A stretch of 64,000 bases of DNA, from positions 6,407 through 70,406 of the forward strand of contig JAJCXS010000263.1 of the NCBI GenBank assembly GCA_029263335.1. The letters are read 5' to 3'. This DNA is from Acidobacteriota bacterium. Its GTDB lineage: Bacteria > Acidobacteriota > UBA890 > WLXD01. Made by a program: the position numbers and the translations under genes. The notes under the pieces were generated by a model. The model did not search any database. It had not been told where the DNA came from and saw nothing but the letters and a program-made list of their open reading frames with translations. The first letter of the stretch is position 1; every line of letters begins with the position of its first letter. This document shows, one piece after another, positions 1 through 8,217 of the stretch.

Positions 1-152
1 GAATGCCCGCACTTCTGCGATCAGGACTTCATACTCTGTATCGCCATGTGCGGAATAGCCATGGGAGATTGCGACGTGGATCCGGGCACGTGCGAGCGGT
101 CCCCGCTGGGCGTATAGCTCGCCGAACGGCCGTTGACGAACCGGAGCTAGGC

Positions 153-761
153 ATGCAAGCGGAACGCACGTCGCGAACCAGTCTCGCTGGTAGATTCCTG
201 ATCGTGAGTTCGATTGTCGTGGTCAGTGCGGTAGTGGTCGCGCTGGTCGACCAGAACCGACAACTCAAGGCCGCTCTCGGGAGTTCAGGATCGCCACAGG
301 CGCCCACGACCATCTCGTACGAGGCCGGTGACGAGCTGCCCAACATAGAGCTGGTGGGAATCACAGAGCCCGAATCGTCCGCTGGGCCACGCCTTCTGCG
401 AGATGTGGTCGGCGGAGCGGGCGTAGCGGCCTTTATGACGACGACCTGCCCGTACTGCGAGGAGGCGATTCCTAACTGGCAGCGGCTTGCGGAGGAAGTT
501 CGCGCGGATGGTTACAGGTTCGTGGCGATATCCCTCAGCATGCCAGATGTAACCGCTAGCTACGTTCGTGAACACGGCATTCGATACCCCGTTTGGGCGA
601 TCAACAGTCGATTTGCCTACGACAAGCTTCAGCTACGAGCGGTCCCGGCAACCCTATTGCTGGGCGAAGGGGCTTCCATCTTGGAGATAATGTACGGCGA
701 GCTACTCGGCGGAGACATTCGCGAACTCCGGGAGCGCCTGCTCGCAGTCGCGCCGAAGTGA
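153..761 (+). CDS. TlpA-like thiol-disulfide oxidoreductase (thioredoxin fold), membrane-anchored
   Basis: The ORF is 3..761; ATG at 153 precedes an N-terminal TM helix (FLIVSSIVVVSAVVVALV). It has a CPYC redox motif (TTTCPYCEEAIPNW). The stop overlaps the GTG start of the next gene (GTGA). The start could also be the ATG at 3. Confidence 0.65.
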   Translation: MQAERTSRTSLAGRFLIVSSIVVVSAVVVALVDQNRQLKAALGSSGSPQAPTTISYEAGDELPNIELVGITEPESSAGPRLLRDVVGGAGVAAFMTTTCPYCEEAIPNWQRLAEEVRADGYRFVAISLSMPDVTASYVREHGIRYPVWAINSRFAYDKLQLRAVPATLLLGEGASILEIMYGELLGGDIRELRERLLAVAPK

Positions 762-1906
762 GCGAGCACAGCGTCCCACTCAGCGACGGGCCGATCGGCG
801 TCAGGGTATTGGCGGCGCTGACATCAACGACCCTCCTGATGGCGGCGTGTGCGACGGGGCCGGAGATCCCGAGACCAGAGCCGCTCACTTATGAGCTGGA
901 ACGAATGTGGTCGGTTGGATGCACAGAATGCGATGGTCCTGCCCAATTCGGACGTCTAATAGACCTAGAGCTTGATCCCAGAGGTACGGTTCTCGCGTTG
1001 GACGCTAGAACTCCCTTCGTCCGTCGCATCACGGCTGATGGGAGCGCCGTTCAGGCCTTCGTTCACGATGGACAAGGCCCCGGAGAGGTCGAGTCCCCGC
1101 GGCTGGCCTTCAACACGGCCACCGGGGGGTTCGGTGTTGTTGAGTACTTTCGTCGGACGTTGCTACTCTACGATAGTAGGGGCGAGTATCTTCGGACAAT
1201 AGCTCTTGAAACTGGCCGAATCGTAACGGCCGACTACGCGCACGCGACATCGACGCTGCACGTCCTTCATGTGCCCATTCTAGAACGCGATGCGCCCTTT
1301 ATCCTGACGGCGGTCGGACTGGCACCGGGGGCCAAACCGGTTCGCGAGTTCTCGCAGTCACGTACTCGCGGAGTGGCGGCGCCAAGTTACTTCGTGTCGT
1401 TCGCGCGGGATTCAAACGGACGGGTGGCAATGGGTTTCGGGGATCGATACGAGATCATCCTCCTTGCCGCGAACGGAACGCCTGCCGGAGAGATACGGCG
1501 GTATCTCCCACGACGGCGGCGCCCAGCAGAGGAGGTCGAGCGACAGAGACGGGCAGTCGCAAGCGTCACCGGCACGTCCGGTCGGAACGTGGAGGTTGAC
1601 CTCTTCTATCGCCACTTCTATTTCGATGCGCTTGACTTCGCGTCGGACGGGAGTTTGTGGGTGCTGAGTGCCCGACGCTACGAGAACGGGACACTGTTTG
1701 ACGTCTTCGACGCAGACGGTCGGCTCTTGGGGTCGGCCGCGATCGATGGTTACGTGAAGCCCACATGTTCGTGTTTCGCTGTGGCCGGTCACCGGCTGGT
1801 GGCTGCAACGACAGGCTCGGACGGAGTTGATCGGGTTAGGGCCTGGCGAATTCCCGATTCACTGCGGTCCCGGACCCCGATCGATGCAGGGGCGAACTCT
1901 GGCTGA
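758..1906 (+). CDS. NHL-repeat 6-bladed beta-propeller lipoprotein (paralog 1)
   Basis: GTG at 758 is in frame with ORF 593..1906 and overlaps the TlpA stop. Lipoprotein-like signal (…TSTTLLMAAC). It has a CxxC (GCTECDG) and NHL-type motifs (GQGPGEVESP). The C-terminus ends VFDADGRLLGS, shared with the paralogs at 11233 and 15784. Confidence 0.55.
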   Translation: MSEHSVPLSDGPIGVRVLAALTSTTLLMAACATGPEIPRPEPLTYELERMWSVGCTECDGPAQFGRLIDLELDPRGTVLALDARTPFVRRITADGSAVQAFVHDGQGPGEVESPRLAFNTATGGFGVVEYFRRTLLLYDSRGEYLRTIALETGRIVTADYAHATSTLHVLHVPILERDAPFILTAVGLAPGAKPVREFSQSRTRGVAAPSYFVSFARDSNGRVAMGFGDRYEIILLAANGTPAGEIRRYLPRRRRPAEEVERQRRAVASVTGTSGRNVEVDLFYRHFYFDALDFASDGSLWVLSARRYENGTLFDVFDADGRLLGSAAIDGYVKPTCSCFAVAGHRLVAATTGSDGVDRVRAWRIPDSLRSRTPIDAGANSG

Positions 1907-2145
1907 GTCCGGCGACTCGCGAGTCGACTTTGGTGATGCGACTAGTATCAGTTGGTCGGTTGGATCTGATGTGCATGGAGCACGTCGAGTTCAGCGGCCG
2001 GTTCGGAGGGCGGGCTACTCGGTTCTTCTGGCACACCGCGTCGACAGCCGTGATGCGCTTCCGCGGTCGGCCGAATCTAGCACTCCGCGTCACCGCCTCA
2101 ACAGCTTTCGCACATGTGGATGCTGCACACCCAAGCGAGGATAGC

Positions 2146-2364
2146 ATGTTCAATATCAAGTACGCCGGATTGTTTATCTATTTCGGAATCGCTCTCGTGG
2201 CACTGTTCAACGCGGCGACCGCGATCAAGACTCGCTCGTGGACCGGATTCGGGCGCGACCTGCAGGGCTATCCCGCCTTGATCGCCGGTGGGGTCTTTCT
2301 ATTGGTGGGTGTGACTGCGCTAGTACAGCTTGGGCGTCTCGTACAGGTGGCGTTCACCGGCTAG
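2146..2364 (+). CDS. small hypothetical membrane protein (2 TM)
   Basis: ATG at 2146 has a GAGG 5 nt upstream. It encodes two hydrophobic helices (GLFIYFGIALVALF; LIAGGVFLLVGVTALV). It ends 7 bp before the IS end. Confidence 0.3.
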   Translation: MFNIKYAGLFIYFGIALVALFNAATAIKTRSWTGFGRDLQGYPALIAGGVFLLVGVTALVQLGRLVQVAFTG

Positions 2365-2535
2365 CTCGTTTGGGGTTACCTCACTTTGGTGGACACCTGA
2401 ACGCTTGGATCCAAGGGGCTGTGCGGATCGCGAAGCGATCTGCATGGTCACGGCAGTTTCCACCACCGTCGCCGGGTCTGATCCATGCCTCCGCTCGTAC
2501 TGGATCGGTGAGATACCGCCGAGCGCGGGGTGGCG

Positions 2536-3318
2536 TCAACGTGGGTTGTAGAAGCCTTCGATGAGCTCGAAGATCGCCATCCGCGCCTCCGCATGGGTGC
2601 GGAACGTGTTGCGCCACAGCAGCTCCGTCTCGAGCGTCGCGAAGAAGCTCTCGGCCATCGCGTTGTCGTGCGCATCGCCGACTGAGCCGATCGAGGGCCC
2701 TACGCCGAGCTGTTTGCATCGCTTCCCGAACTGGATCGAGGTGTACTGCGTTCCCTGGTCGCTGTGGTGGATCACCTGGTCGGGACGACGCTGCCAGATA
2801 GCCATGTTGAGCGCCTCGAGCAGCAACTCTGTGCGCAGGTGGTTGGCCATCGACCAACCCACCACGCGGCGGGAGTAGGCATCCAGAACGATGGCCAGGT
2901 ACAAGAACCCCGCCCAGGTTGAGACATACGTGATGTCCGAGACCCACAGCTGGTTGGCAGCCTCCGCGCGGAAGTTTCGCTTCACGAGATCCGGTACAAC
3001 CCGGGCATCATTGCCACGGCGCGTCGTCCGAGAGCGTCGCCGTCGGCTCACGCCTTCCAGTCGTGCCTGCTTCATCAGCTTCGCCACACGGCGCCGAGAG
3101 ATCCGCACTCCGGCTTCGGCCAGCTCGGCGTGCACGCGCGGAGAACCGTTCGTGACACGGCTCTCGGTGTGGATCGTCTCGATCCGGGCACGCAGGCGCG
3201 CATCTTCGCGCGCCCATGGACTCAGCGGCCGTTGGCGCCACGCGTAGTACCCGCTGGTGGAGATCTCCAGCACGCGGCACATCGTGGCAACCGGGTAGTG
3301 TACCTGGTGCTCGCTCAC
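2536..3318 (-). pseudogene. IS3 OrfB (DDE transposase), C-terminally truncated by nonsense codon
   Basis: A TGA follows …FYNPR where copy 2 reads CGA (R) and continues ~70 aa further. The DDE residues are still present. Confidence 0.5.
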
Positions 3319-3398
3319 GAACTCGAACGCTTCTTGGGCACCGAGTCCGTCTCCTGTGCGAACCAGGCCGCGGCTTTTGCGAGGATTTCTCGCTCTAC

Positions 3399-3626
3399 CT
3401 AGAGCTGACGGTTCTCTCGACGTAGGCGCCGGATTTCCTCGCGCTCCTTGGTGCTCAGCCTCTCAGCTGTGTGCCCATCGTCGCGGTCCGCCTGCTTGAT
3501 CCACTGATGGATCGTCCAGTACGACGGCTCGAACTCCTGAGCCAGTTCGTAGGCGCTGCGGCCGGCTCTCGCCAGCTCGATGATCTGTTGCCGATATTCC
3601 GGCGGATACGGTTTCGTTCTTGCCAT
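3399..3626 (-). pseudogene. IS3 OrfA (HTH), prematurely terminated
   Basis: The start MARTKPYPPEYRQQ has a GGAGG 9 nt upstream. It ends …RRENRQL at TAG where copy 2 reads AAG (K) and continues ~33 aa further. The track ORF 3399..3740 over-extends 5' past the IS end. Confidence 0.5.
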
Positions 3627-3697
3627 GGTGGACATCCTCCACCCCAAGCTCGAGACCGTCCACGTAACCGAGGCAACTCCACCCTTGGAGATGGATT

Positions 3698-3744
3698 GGA
3701 GTTTGACTCGGCTATGTGCAGCTCCGCATAGCCGAGTCAACTCC
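3698..3744. repeat. stem-loop (18-bp arms, 10-nt loop) 17 bp outside the IS right end
   Basis: Arms are GGAGTTTGACTCGGCTATG and CATAGCCGAGTCAACTCC. The arm sequence resembles the IS terminal IR (GGAGTTGCCTCGG…). Confidence 0.5.
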
Positions 3745-3825
3745 AGGGGTTCTCCATGGCTGCACCCTACCAGCGTCTCGGTTGAGCTGATAGGACCCGA
3801 GACAGGAGTTGCAGCCGGGCAGCGC

Positions 3826-4086
3826 CTAGATCGCGAACCGACACGCCTTCACTGTCACATGGTTTGGCGCGCTGTCGTACCATTGCGAGCACGTATCGCC
3901 GCTGGTCGAGCAGCTTTGCGCCGGGCCGCCACACGAGAGGATGTAGCCTGGACAATCTACTTCACAATTACCGCCCTGCGCCTGAGCCGTTGGCGCCGAG
4001 AGGAGCACGAAGCTGCTCGCAACAAGACAAAGACACGCGATCGGTACGTATAGCGCCTCGCGGAAACGGGTGCGTAATCGGTTCAT
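3826..4086 (-). CDS. small cysteine-rich secreted protein (86 aa precursor, ~49 aa mature, 6 Cys)
   Basis: It has a signal peptide (MNRLRTRFREALYVPIACLCLVASSFVLLSAPTAQAQ/G). The mature part is GGNCEVDCPGYILSCGGPAQSCSTSGDTCSQWYDSAPNHVTVKACRFAI. GAGG lies 7 nt upstream of the ATG. It sits between the two IS copies. Confidence 0.45.
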   Translation of the reverse strand: MNRLRTRFREALYVPIACLCLVASSFVLLSAPTAQAQGGNCEVDCPGYILSCGGPAQSCSTSGDTCSQWYDSAPNHVTVKACRFAI

Positions 4087-4139
4087 TTCGGGACCCTCAA
4101 TGTTGGGGCGGGCGTGTCAGTTCACATGATCCCCACCGC

Positions 4140-4176
4140 CTGCCGGGACAATATGGACACCAGGTTAGCCCGGCAG
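4140..4176. promoter_or_regulatory. 8-bp inverted repeat (CTGCCGGG…CCCGGCAG) upstream of the small Cys-rich peptide gene
   Basis: A perfect 8-bp IR with a 21-nt spacer lies ~55-90 bp upstream of the minus-strand start at 4086. Confidence 0.3.
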
Positions 4177-4504
4177 ACAGCGTCGCCGCGCGTCGTCGCG
4201 GAAGAGATTCGCGACACTATTCGACACCCCGCGCAGAAGCCCGCAGTAGCGTCCGCGACGTGGCGCGTGAAGGAGTAGTAGGGGGGCATTGGGAACTCGT
4301 GTGAGACGCGGAGCGTTTTTCACAGTTTCCGCGTTGGGCGGCATGTTTGAAGAAAGATGGCCACTGATCCAGTCTTGGGTGGCACCAGAGGATCTTCTGA
4401 CAAGCATAACGACCACTGACCAAGCCCAAGATGCTCGCTACCAAGTGGGCTCGTAGAGGCTGGCGGAACACGGAGGCCAGCTCCGCGAGGAGTAGCAACT
4501 GGAG

Positions 4505-5503
4505 TTACCTCACTTTGGTGGACACCTGAACGCTTGGAGTTTGGGTACTCGTAGTAGTAGTGAAGTGGGAACTCGTGGGAGCCGCAGGGCGGCTTCCAAG
4601 GGGCTGTGCGGATCGCGCAGCGATCTGCATGGTCACGGCAGTTTCCACGTCCGTGACCGGCTCTGATCCATGCCTCCGTTCGTACTGGATCGGGGAGATG
4701 CCGCCGAGCGCGGAGTGGCGTCGACGTGGGTTGTAGAAGCCTTCGATGAACTCGAAGATCGCCATCCGCGCCTCCGCATGGGTGCGGAACGTGTTGCGCC
4801 ACAGCAGTTCTGTCTCCAACGTTGCGAAGAAGCTCTCGGCCATGGCGTTGTCGTAGGCATCGCCGACGGAGCCCGTCGAGGGACGCACCCCGAGCTGCTT
4901 GCATCGCTTCCCGAACTGGATCGATGTGTATTGCGTTCCCTGATCGGAGTGATGGATTACGTCCCCCGGCTGCCTTTGCCAGATGGCCATGTTGAGCGCC
5001 TCGAGCACCAACTCTGTGCGCAGATGGTTAGCCATCGACCAACCGACCACGCGGCGGGAGTACGCATCCAGAACGATGGCCAGGTACAAGAACCCCGCCC
5101 AGGTTGAGACATAAGTGATGTCCGAGACCCACAGCTGGTTGGCAACCTCCGCGCGGAAGTTCCGTTTCACGAGGTCCGGTACAACCTGGGCATCATTGCC
5201 GCGGCGCGTCGTCCGAGAGCGTCGCCGTCGGCTCACCCCTTCCAGTCGTGCCTGCTTCATCAGCCTTGCCACACGGCGCCGAGAGATCCGCACTCCGCCC
5301 TCGGCCAGCTCGGCGTGCACGCGCGGAGAGCCGTACGTGCCACGGCTCTCGGTGTGGATCGTCTCGATCCGGGCACGCAAGCGCGCATCTTCGCGCGCTC
5401 GTCGGCTCAGCGGCCGTTGGCGCCACGCGTAGTACCCGCTGGTGGAGATCTCCAGCACGCGGCACATCGTGGCAACCGGGTAGTGGACCTGGTGTTCGCT
5501 CAC
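4505..5503 (-). CDS. IS3 OrfB (DDE transposase/integrase), full-length frame
   Basis: 332 aa with the integrase core motifs. In the intact element it would be expressed as an OrfAB fusion by -1 frameshift, but orfA in this copy has a nonsense codon. Confidence 0.55.
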   Translation of the reverse strand: MSEHQVHYPVATMCRVLEISTSGYYAWRQRPLSRRAREDARLRARIETIHTESRGTYGSPRVHAELAEGGVRISRRRVARLMKQARLEGVSRRRRSRTTRRGNDAQVVPDLVKRNFRAEVANQLWVSDITYVSTWAGFLYLAIVLDAYSRRVVGWSMANHLRTELVLEALNMAIWQRQPGDVIHHSDQGTQYTSIQFGKRCKQLGVRPSTGSVGDAYDNAMAESFFATLETELLWRNTFRTHAEARMAIFEFIEGFYNPRRRHSALGGISPIQYERRHGSEPVTDVETAVTMQIAARSAQPLGSRPAAPTSSHFTTTTSTQTPSVQVSTKVR

Positions 5504-5811
5504 GAACTCGAACCCTTCTTGGGCACCGAGTCGGTCTCCTGTGCGAACCAGGCCGCGGCTTTTGCGAGGATCTCTCGCTCGACCTTGAGTTGACGGTTCT
5601 CTCGACGCAGGCGCCGGAGTTCCTCGCGCTCCTTGGTGCTCAGCCCCTCAGCTGTGTGCCCGTCGTCGCGGTCCGCCTGCTTGACCCATTGATGGATCGT
5701 CCAGTACGACGGTTCGAACTCCTGGGACAGTTCGTAGGCGCTGCGGCCGGCCCTCGCCAGCTCGATGATCTGTTGCCGATACTACGGCGGATACGGTTTC
5801 GTTCTTGCCAT
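5501..5811 (-). pseudogene. IS3 OrfA with nonsense codon at codon 10
   Basis: It reads MARTKPYPP then TAG (5782-5784), where copy 1 has GAA (E). Otherwise the frame is full length, ending …KKGSSS*. Confidence 0.5.
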
Positions 5812-5866
5812 GGTGGACATCCTCCACCCCAAGCTCTAGACCGTCCACGTAACTGAGGCAACTCCA

Positions 5867-6553
5867 GCCTATGGCTTTGGCGACCTCGAGGGGGCTGCGG
5901 AGGGGTTCGGCCGCGCGGCCGAGGCAGCGCCGACGGTGGGGGACCCATTCTTTGGGTTGGCGTTGACCTACGAGGCGCTCGGAGAATGGGAGGACGCTGC
6001 GGTTGCCTACGAGTCCGCGCTCTGGTCGCGGCCAGGTTCGCCGGTCTTCCATGCAGGCTTGGGCGCTGCTCTTCAGCACTCCGGAGACACGGCCCGGGCC
6101 GCCTTGCACCTGGTGCGTGCGATCCGAGGGGGGATGTCGGGGGAGCAACTACGCGTAGGGCCGTTGGATGCCGTGGCCTCCACCGAGCAATCCCGGCGGC
6201 TGGCCGGCGTTCCGGTGCTTCACTGGCGGAGACCCAACGTGGCTAGCCTTGAATCGCAGGTAGCAGTTCGTGGAGCGGTTCTCGCCATAGGTCGGTTGCT
6301 GGACACTTCGCCGGAAGTGGTGCTGACGGAATGGCCAATCCAGGGCGTCCGGTCGCTGCACCTGCGCGTTGAATCTGTCGACGGAGCCGGGAATCGTGCC
6401 GAGACGGAACTCGAGCTGTACGACGTGACCGGCAAGCGTGTCGCGACTTGGCCGGTGCAGTTTGATGACCTGCGGGATGCAGATGAGGTGGCGCGTCTGG
6501 CGCGGGACGTGGTGACACGACTCCTTCGGCACGTGTCCGACGGAGAGTTGTGA
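5867..6553 (+). pseudogene. 3' fragment of a vWA-TPR family gene (paralog of 13683..15728), 5' end cut by IS copy 2
   Basis: The frame is open from the IS boundary, with no start. TPR-like repeats and a C-terminal region align with the C-terminus of the 681-aa protein (…DADEVARLARDVV… vs …NLDEVADELEASF…). Confidence 0.5.
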
Positions 6554-6557
6554 TCAA

Positions 6558-7095
6558 TTGTCCACCTTCGGATACCGCGAACGGGTACTGTGCCTGACGA
6601 CGGCTGATCGGGCTCGGCGTCGGTTCTCAGTCCGTTTAACGCCGCGCACCCCTCGAGCCTTCATTCTAGGGCTCTTCTTTGCCGTCACATCTTTCGTGGC
6701 CTGGCCGCAGGAGCGCCAGGGACCATTTCGTTCGACCGCGGGGGCCGTGACCATCGGCGTAGGCGTTGTTGATGGAGACGGCCGACTCGTGGCCGGCCCG
6801 GGCCCTGACAGCTTCTCCGTCCGTGTCGGAGGATCGCTCCGAGAGATCATCGACGTTCGCGAGATCGGCACCCCGCGCACGAGCGACGAGGTGGGGCGGG
6901 ACTTTGTCCTTCTGTTCGACCTCTGGACAGGGTTCCCGCGTCGTGGAAGAACGATCTCGCGACTCGTATCTGGTCACTTTTGCCACGGTTCCCGGCGACT
7001 CCGGGCTGCTGGCTGTCGATGTCCAGGTGAACGGTCCGGGCGTGAGCTTGTCGTGGGCCCCGCTGGAGATCTCAGTCCTGGCCCCGACTCGTTGA
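6558..7095 (+). pseudogene. frameshifted N-terminal fragment of an FRS-module/vWA family gene
   Basis: It begins with a signal-like segment, then QGPFRSTAGAVTIGVGVVDGDGRLVAGPGPDSFSVRVGG (the same module as in 8850..11048 and 13683..15728), then FVLLFDL. The frame breaks after that; a second frame continues to 7095. Confidence 0.4.
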
Positions 7096-7216
7096 CCCAT
7101 CGCAAGATCTTGCTTCGTCGAGCTCGCCCCAGAGCCGTACTAGAACGCGCGTGGACTGCTGTAACTGGCTGATCGGCACGGGCTCTACGTGGGAGTAGCG
7201 TCGCGCACGGCCCCGC

Positions 7217-7738
7217 TCAGTGCTGCTCGGGCGTAAACAGGACCTCGAAACTGTCGATGAGGCGGCCCTCGTCGTCGGAGCCGGCCGTGATCGCCATCAA
7301 CTCGCCAGCGTCCGTCAGGCGGTATGTGATTCGGCGCGGGGAGTCTTGGTCGGGAACGTCGCTGTGGAAGACGGCTTCGCGATCGGATGCACTTAGCAGC
7401 GTGAACTCGAGCGGCCGATCTTCTTCCCAGGTCGAGTAGTCAGGTCGGAAGTGCTTGAAACGCATCACCACGCGCTCCGCCTCCTGGGAGATCATCAAGT
7501 ACTCGACGAGAGAAACCCCATCGTCTTGAACAAGCCGGAAGATGCCCAGCATCGTTCCTCCGGCTGCCGGAGTCCAATGCTCCTCAAAGCTCCCCCCGAG
7601 ACCCTTGCCGTACCAGGAGCCGGCAAGCCAGTCGACGTCGCTGAGAACGGGCGTTGGTGTACCCATGCCGAGGCTGTACGCAGGGCAGGTGAGGAGGGCT
7701 GCAAGGGCGATGATCGCGGTTGCCGTCTTTCCGTACAT
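7217..7738 (-). CDS. secreted hypothetical protein
   Basis: Signal peptide (MYGKTATAIIALAALLTCPAYS). No recognised catalytic motifs. Confidence 0.4.
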   Translation of the reverse strand: MYGKTATAIIALAALLTCPAYSLGMGTPTPVLSDVDWLAGSWYGKGLGGSFEEHWTPAAGGTMLGIFRLVQDDGVSLVEYLMISQEAERVVMRFKHFRPDYSTWEEDRPLEFTLLSASDREAVFHSDVPDQDSPRRITYRLTDAGELMAITAGSDDEGRLIDSFEVLFTPEQH

Positions 7739-7768
7739 GGCCGTCTCCTGAAGGGTCGGCGGCGAGGG

Positions 7769-8152
7769 TCAGCCCTGCTGTGAGAGGTCCTGGTAGAACA
7801 TGAGCTTGTTGCCGTCCAGGTCGTAGAAGGTCGCGAGTCGAACCATGCCCGGAATGGTTAGCGTGTCGCCGTCGAACGCGATGCCGCGTGCCTCGAGCGT
7901 CGTTCGTGCAGCGTCGACGTCGGACACGCCAAAGGTCAGAGTGGCGCCACCTTGTACGGCCGGCTGTTCGACCTGCGAGAGACCGACGCTGACCTTCTCC
8001 ACAGGGGAGCGCAGCTCGCACCAGCCGATATCGTCGACGCGAAAGAGAGGCTCGAAGCCCAGCGTGTCTTTGTACCAGGCGATGGCACGGTCGAGATCGC
8101 TGCACTCGAGGGCGCACGTGAGTCCGCCGTCGAAACTGATGTCGGTGGTCAT
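7769..8152 (-). CDS. VOC-family (glyoxalase/bleomycin-resistance fold) protein
   Basis: Start MTTDISF has AAGGAA upstream. The VOC-like sequence includes LECSDLDRAIAWYKDTLGFEP…FYDLDGNKLMF. Confidence 0.6.
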   Translation of the reverse strand: MTTDISFDGGLTCALECSDLDRAIAWYKDTLGFEPLFRVDDIGWCELRSPVEKVSVGLSQVEQPAVQGGATLTFGVSDVDAARTTLEARGIAFDGDTLTIPGMVRLATFYDLDGNKLMFYQDLSQQG

Positions 8153-8198
8153 GGGTCTGAGTTCCTTTTGGAGAGGTGCGGAGATTTGACGACTGAAA

Positions 8199-8215
8199 GT
8201 ATAGTACCTATACTT
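8199..8215. promoter_or_regulatory. palindrome AGTATAG-TAC-CTATACT in divergent VOC/HxlR intergenic region
   Basis: A perfect 7-bp inverted repeat with a 3-bp spacer lies between the divergent starts. It is a likely operator for the HxlR-type regulator. Confidence 0.4.
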
Positions 8216-8217
8216 GC

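Larger units (their letters stand above)
2371..3681 (-). mobile_element. IS3-family insertion sequence, copy 1 (decayed)
   Basis: It has imperfect ~26-bp terminal inverted repeats (left TGGGGTTACCTCACTTTGGTGGACAC; right-end reverse complement TGGAGTTGCCTCGGTTACGTGGACGG). OrfA (HTH) and OrfB (DDE integrase, HHSDQGTQYTS) are in the -1 frame arrangement. It is ~94% identical to copy 2 at 4500..5866. Confidence 0.75.
4500..5866 (-). mobile_element. IS3-family insertion sequence, copy 2 (same element, direct orientation; orfA inactivated)
   Basis: It has the same terminal IRs (TGGAGTTACCTCACTTTGGTGGACAC … CCGTCCACGTAACTGAGGCAACTCCA). A 56-bp insertion lies near the left end relative to copy 1. 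Confidence 0.75.

Noticed and set aside
593-761. TTG at 593 as start of the NHL lipoprotein (overlapping TlpA gene by 170 bp)
   Set aside because: A long same-strand overlap is unlikely. The in-frame GTG at 758 overlaps the upstream stop and directly precedes the signal peptide.
3399-3740. 113-aa ORF as IS OrfA
   Set aside because: Its first 39 codons extend beyond the IS terminal inverted repeat into flanking DNA. The element's own OrfA starts at MARTKPY (3626), which has a GGAGG.
2371-5866. Calling the IS pair a bona fide composite transposon
   Set aside because: No target-site duplications or matching outer flanks could be identified. Both copies are mutationally inactivated. Only a 'composite-like' arrangement can be stated.
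5640-6148. Minus-strand ORFs 5640..5948 and 5648..6148 overlapping the IS end and the TPR fragment
   Set aside because: They are Arg/Pro-rich low-complexity translations typical of off-frame high-GC sequence. They conflict with the clear IS orfA frame and the TPR coding frame.
6554-7100. Minus-strand ORFs 6554..6880 and 6666..7100 as real genes
   Set aside because: They are antisense to the recognisable plus-strand FRS-module fragment and give low-complexity translations.
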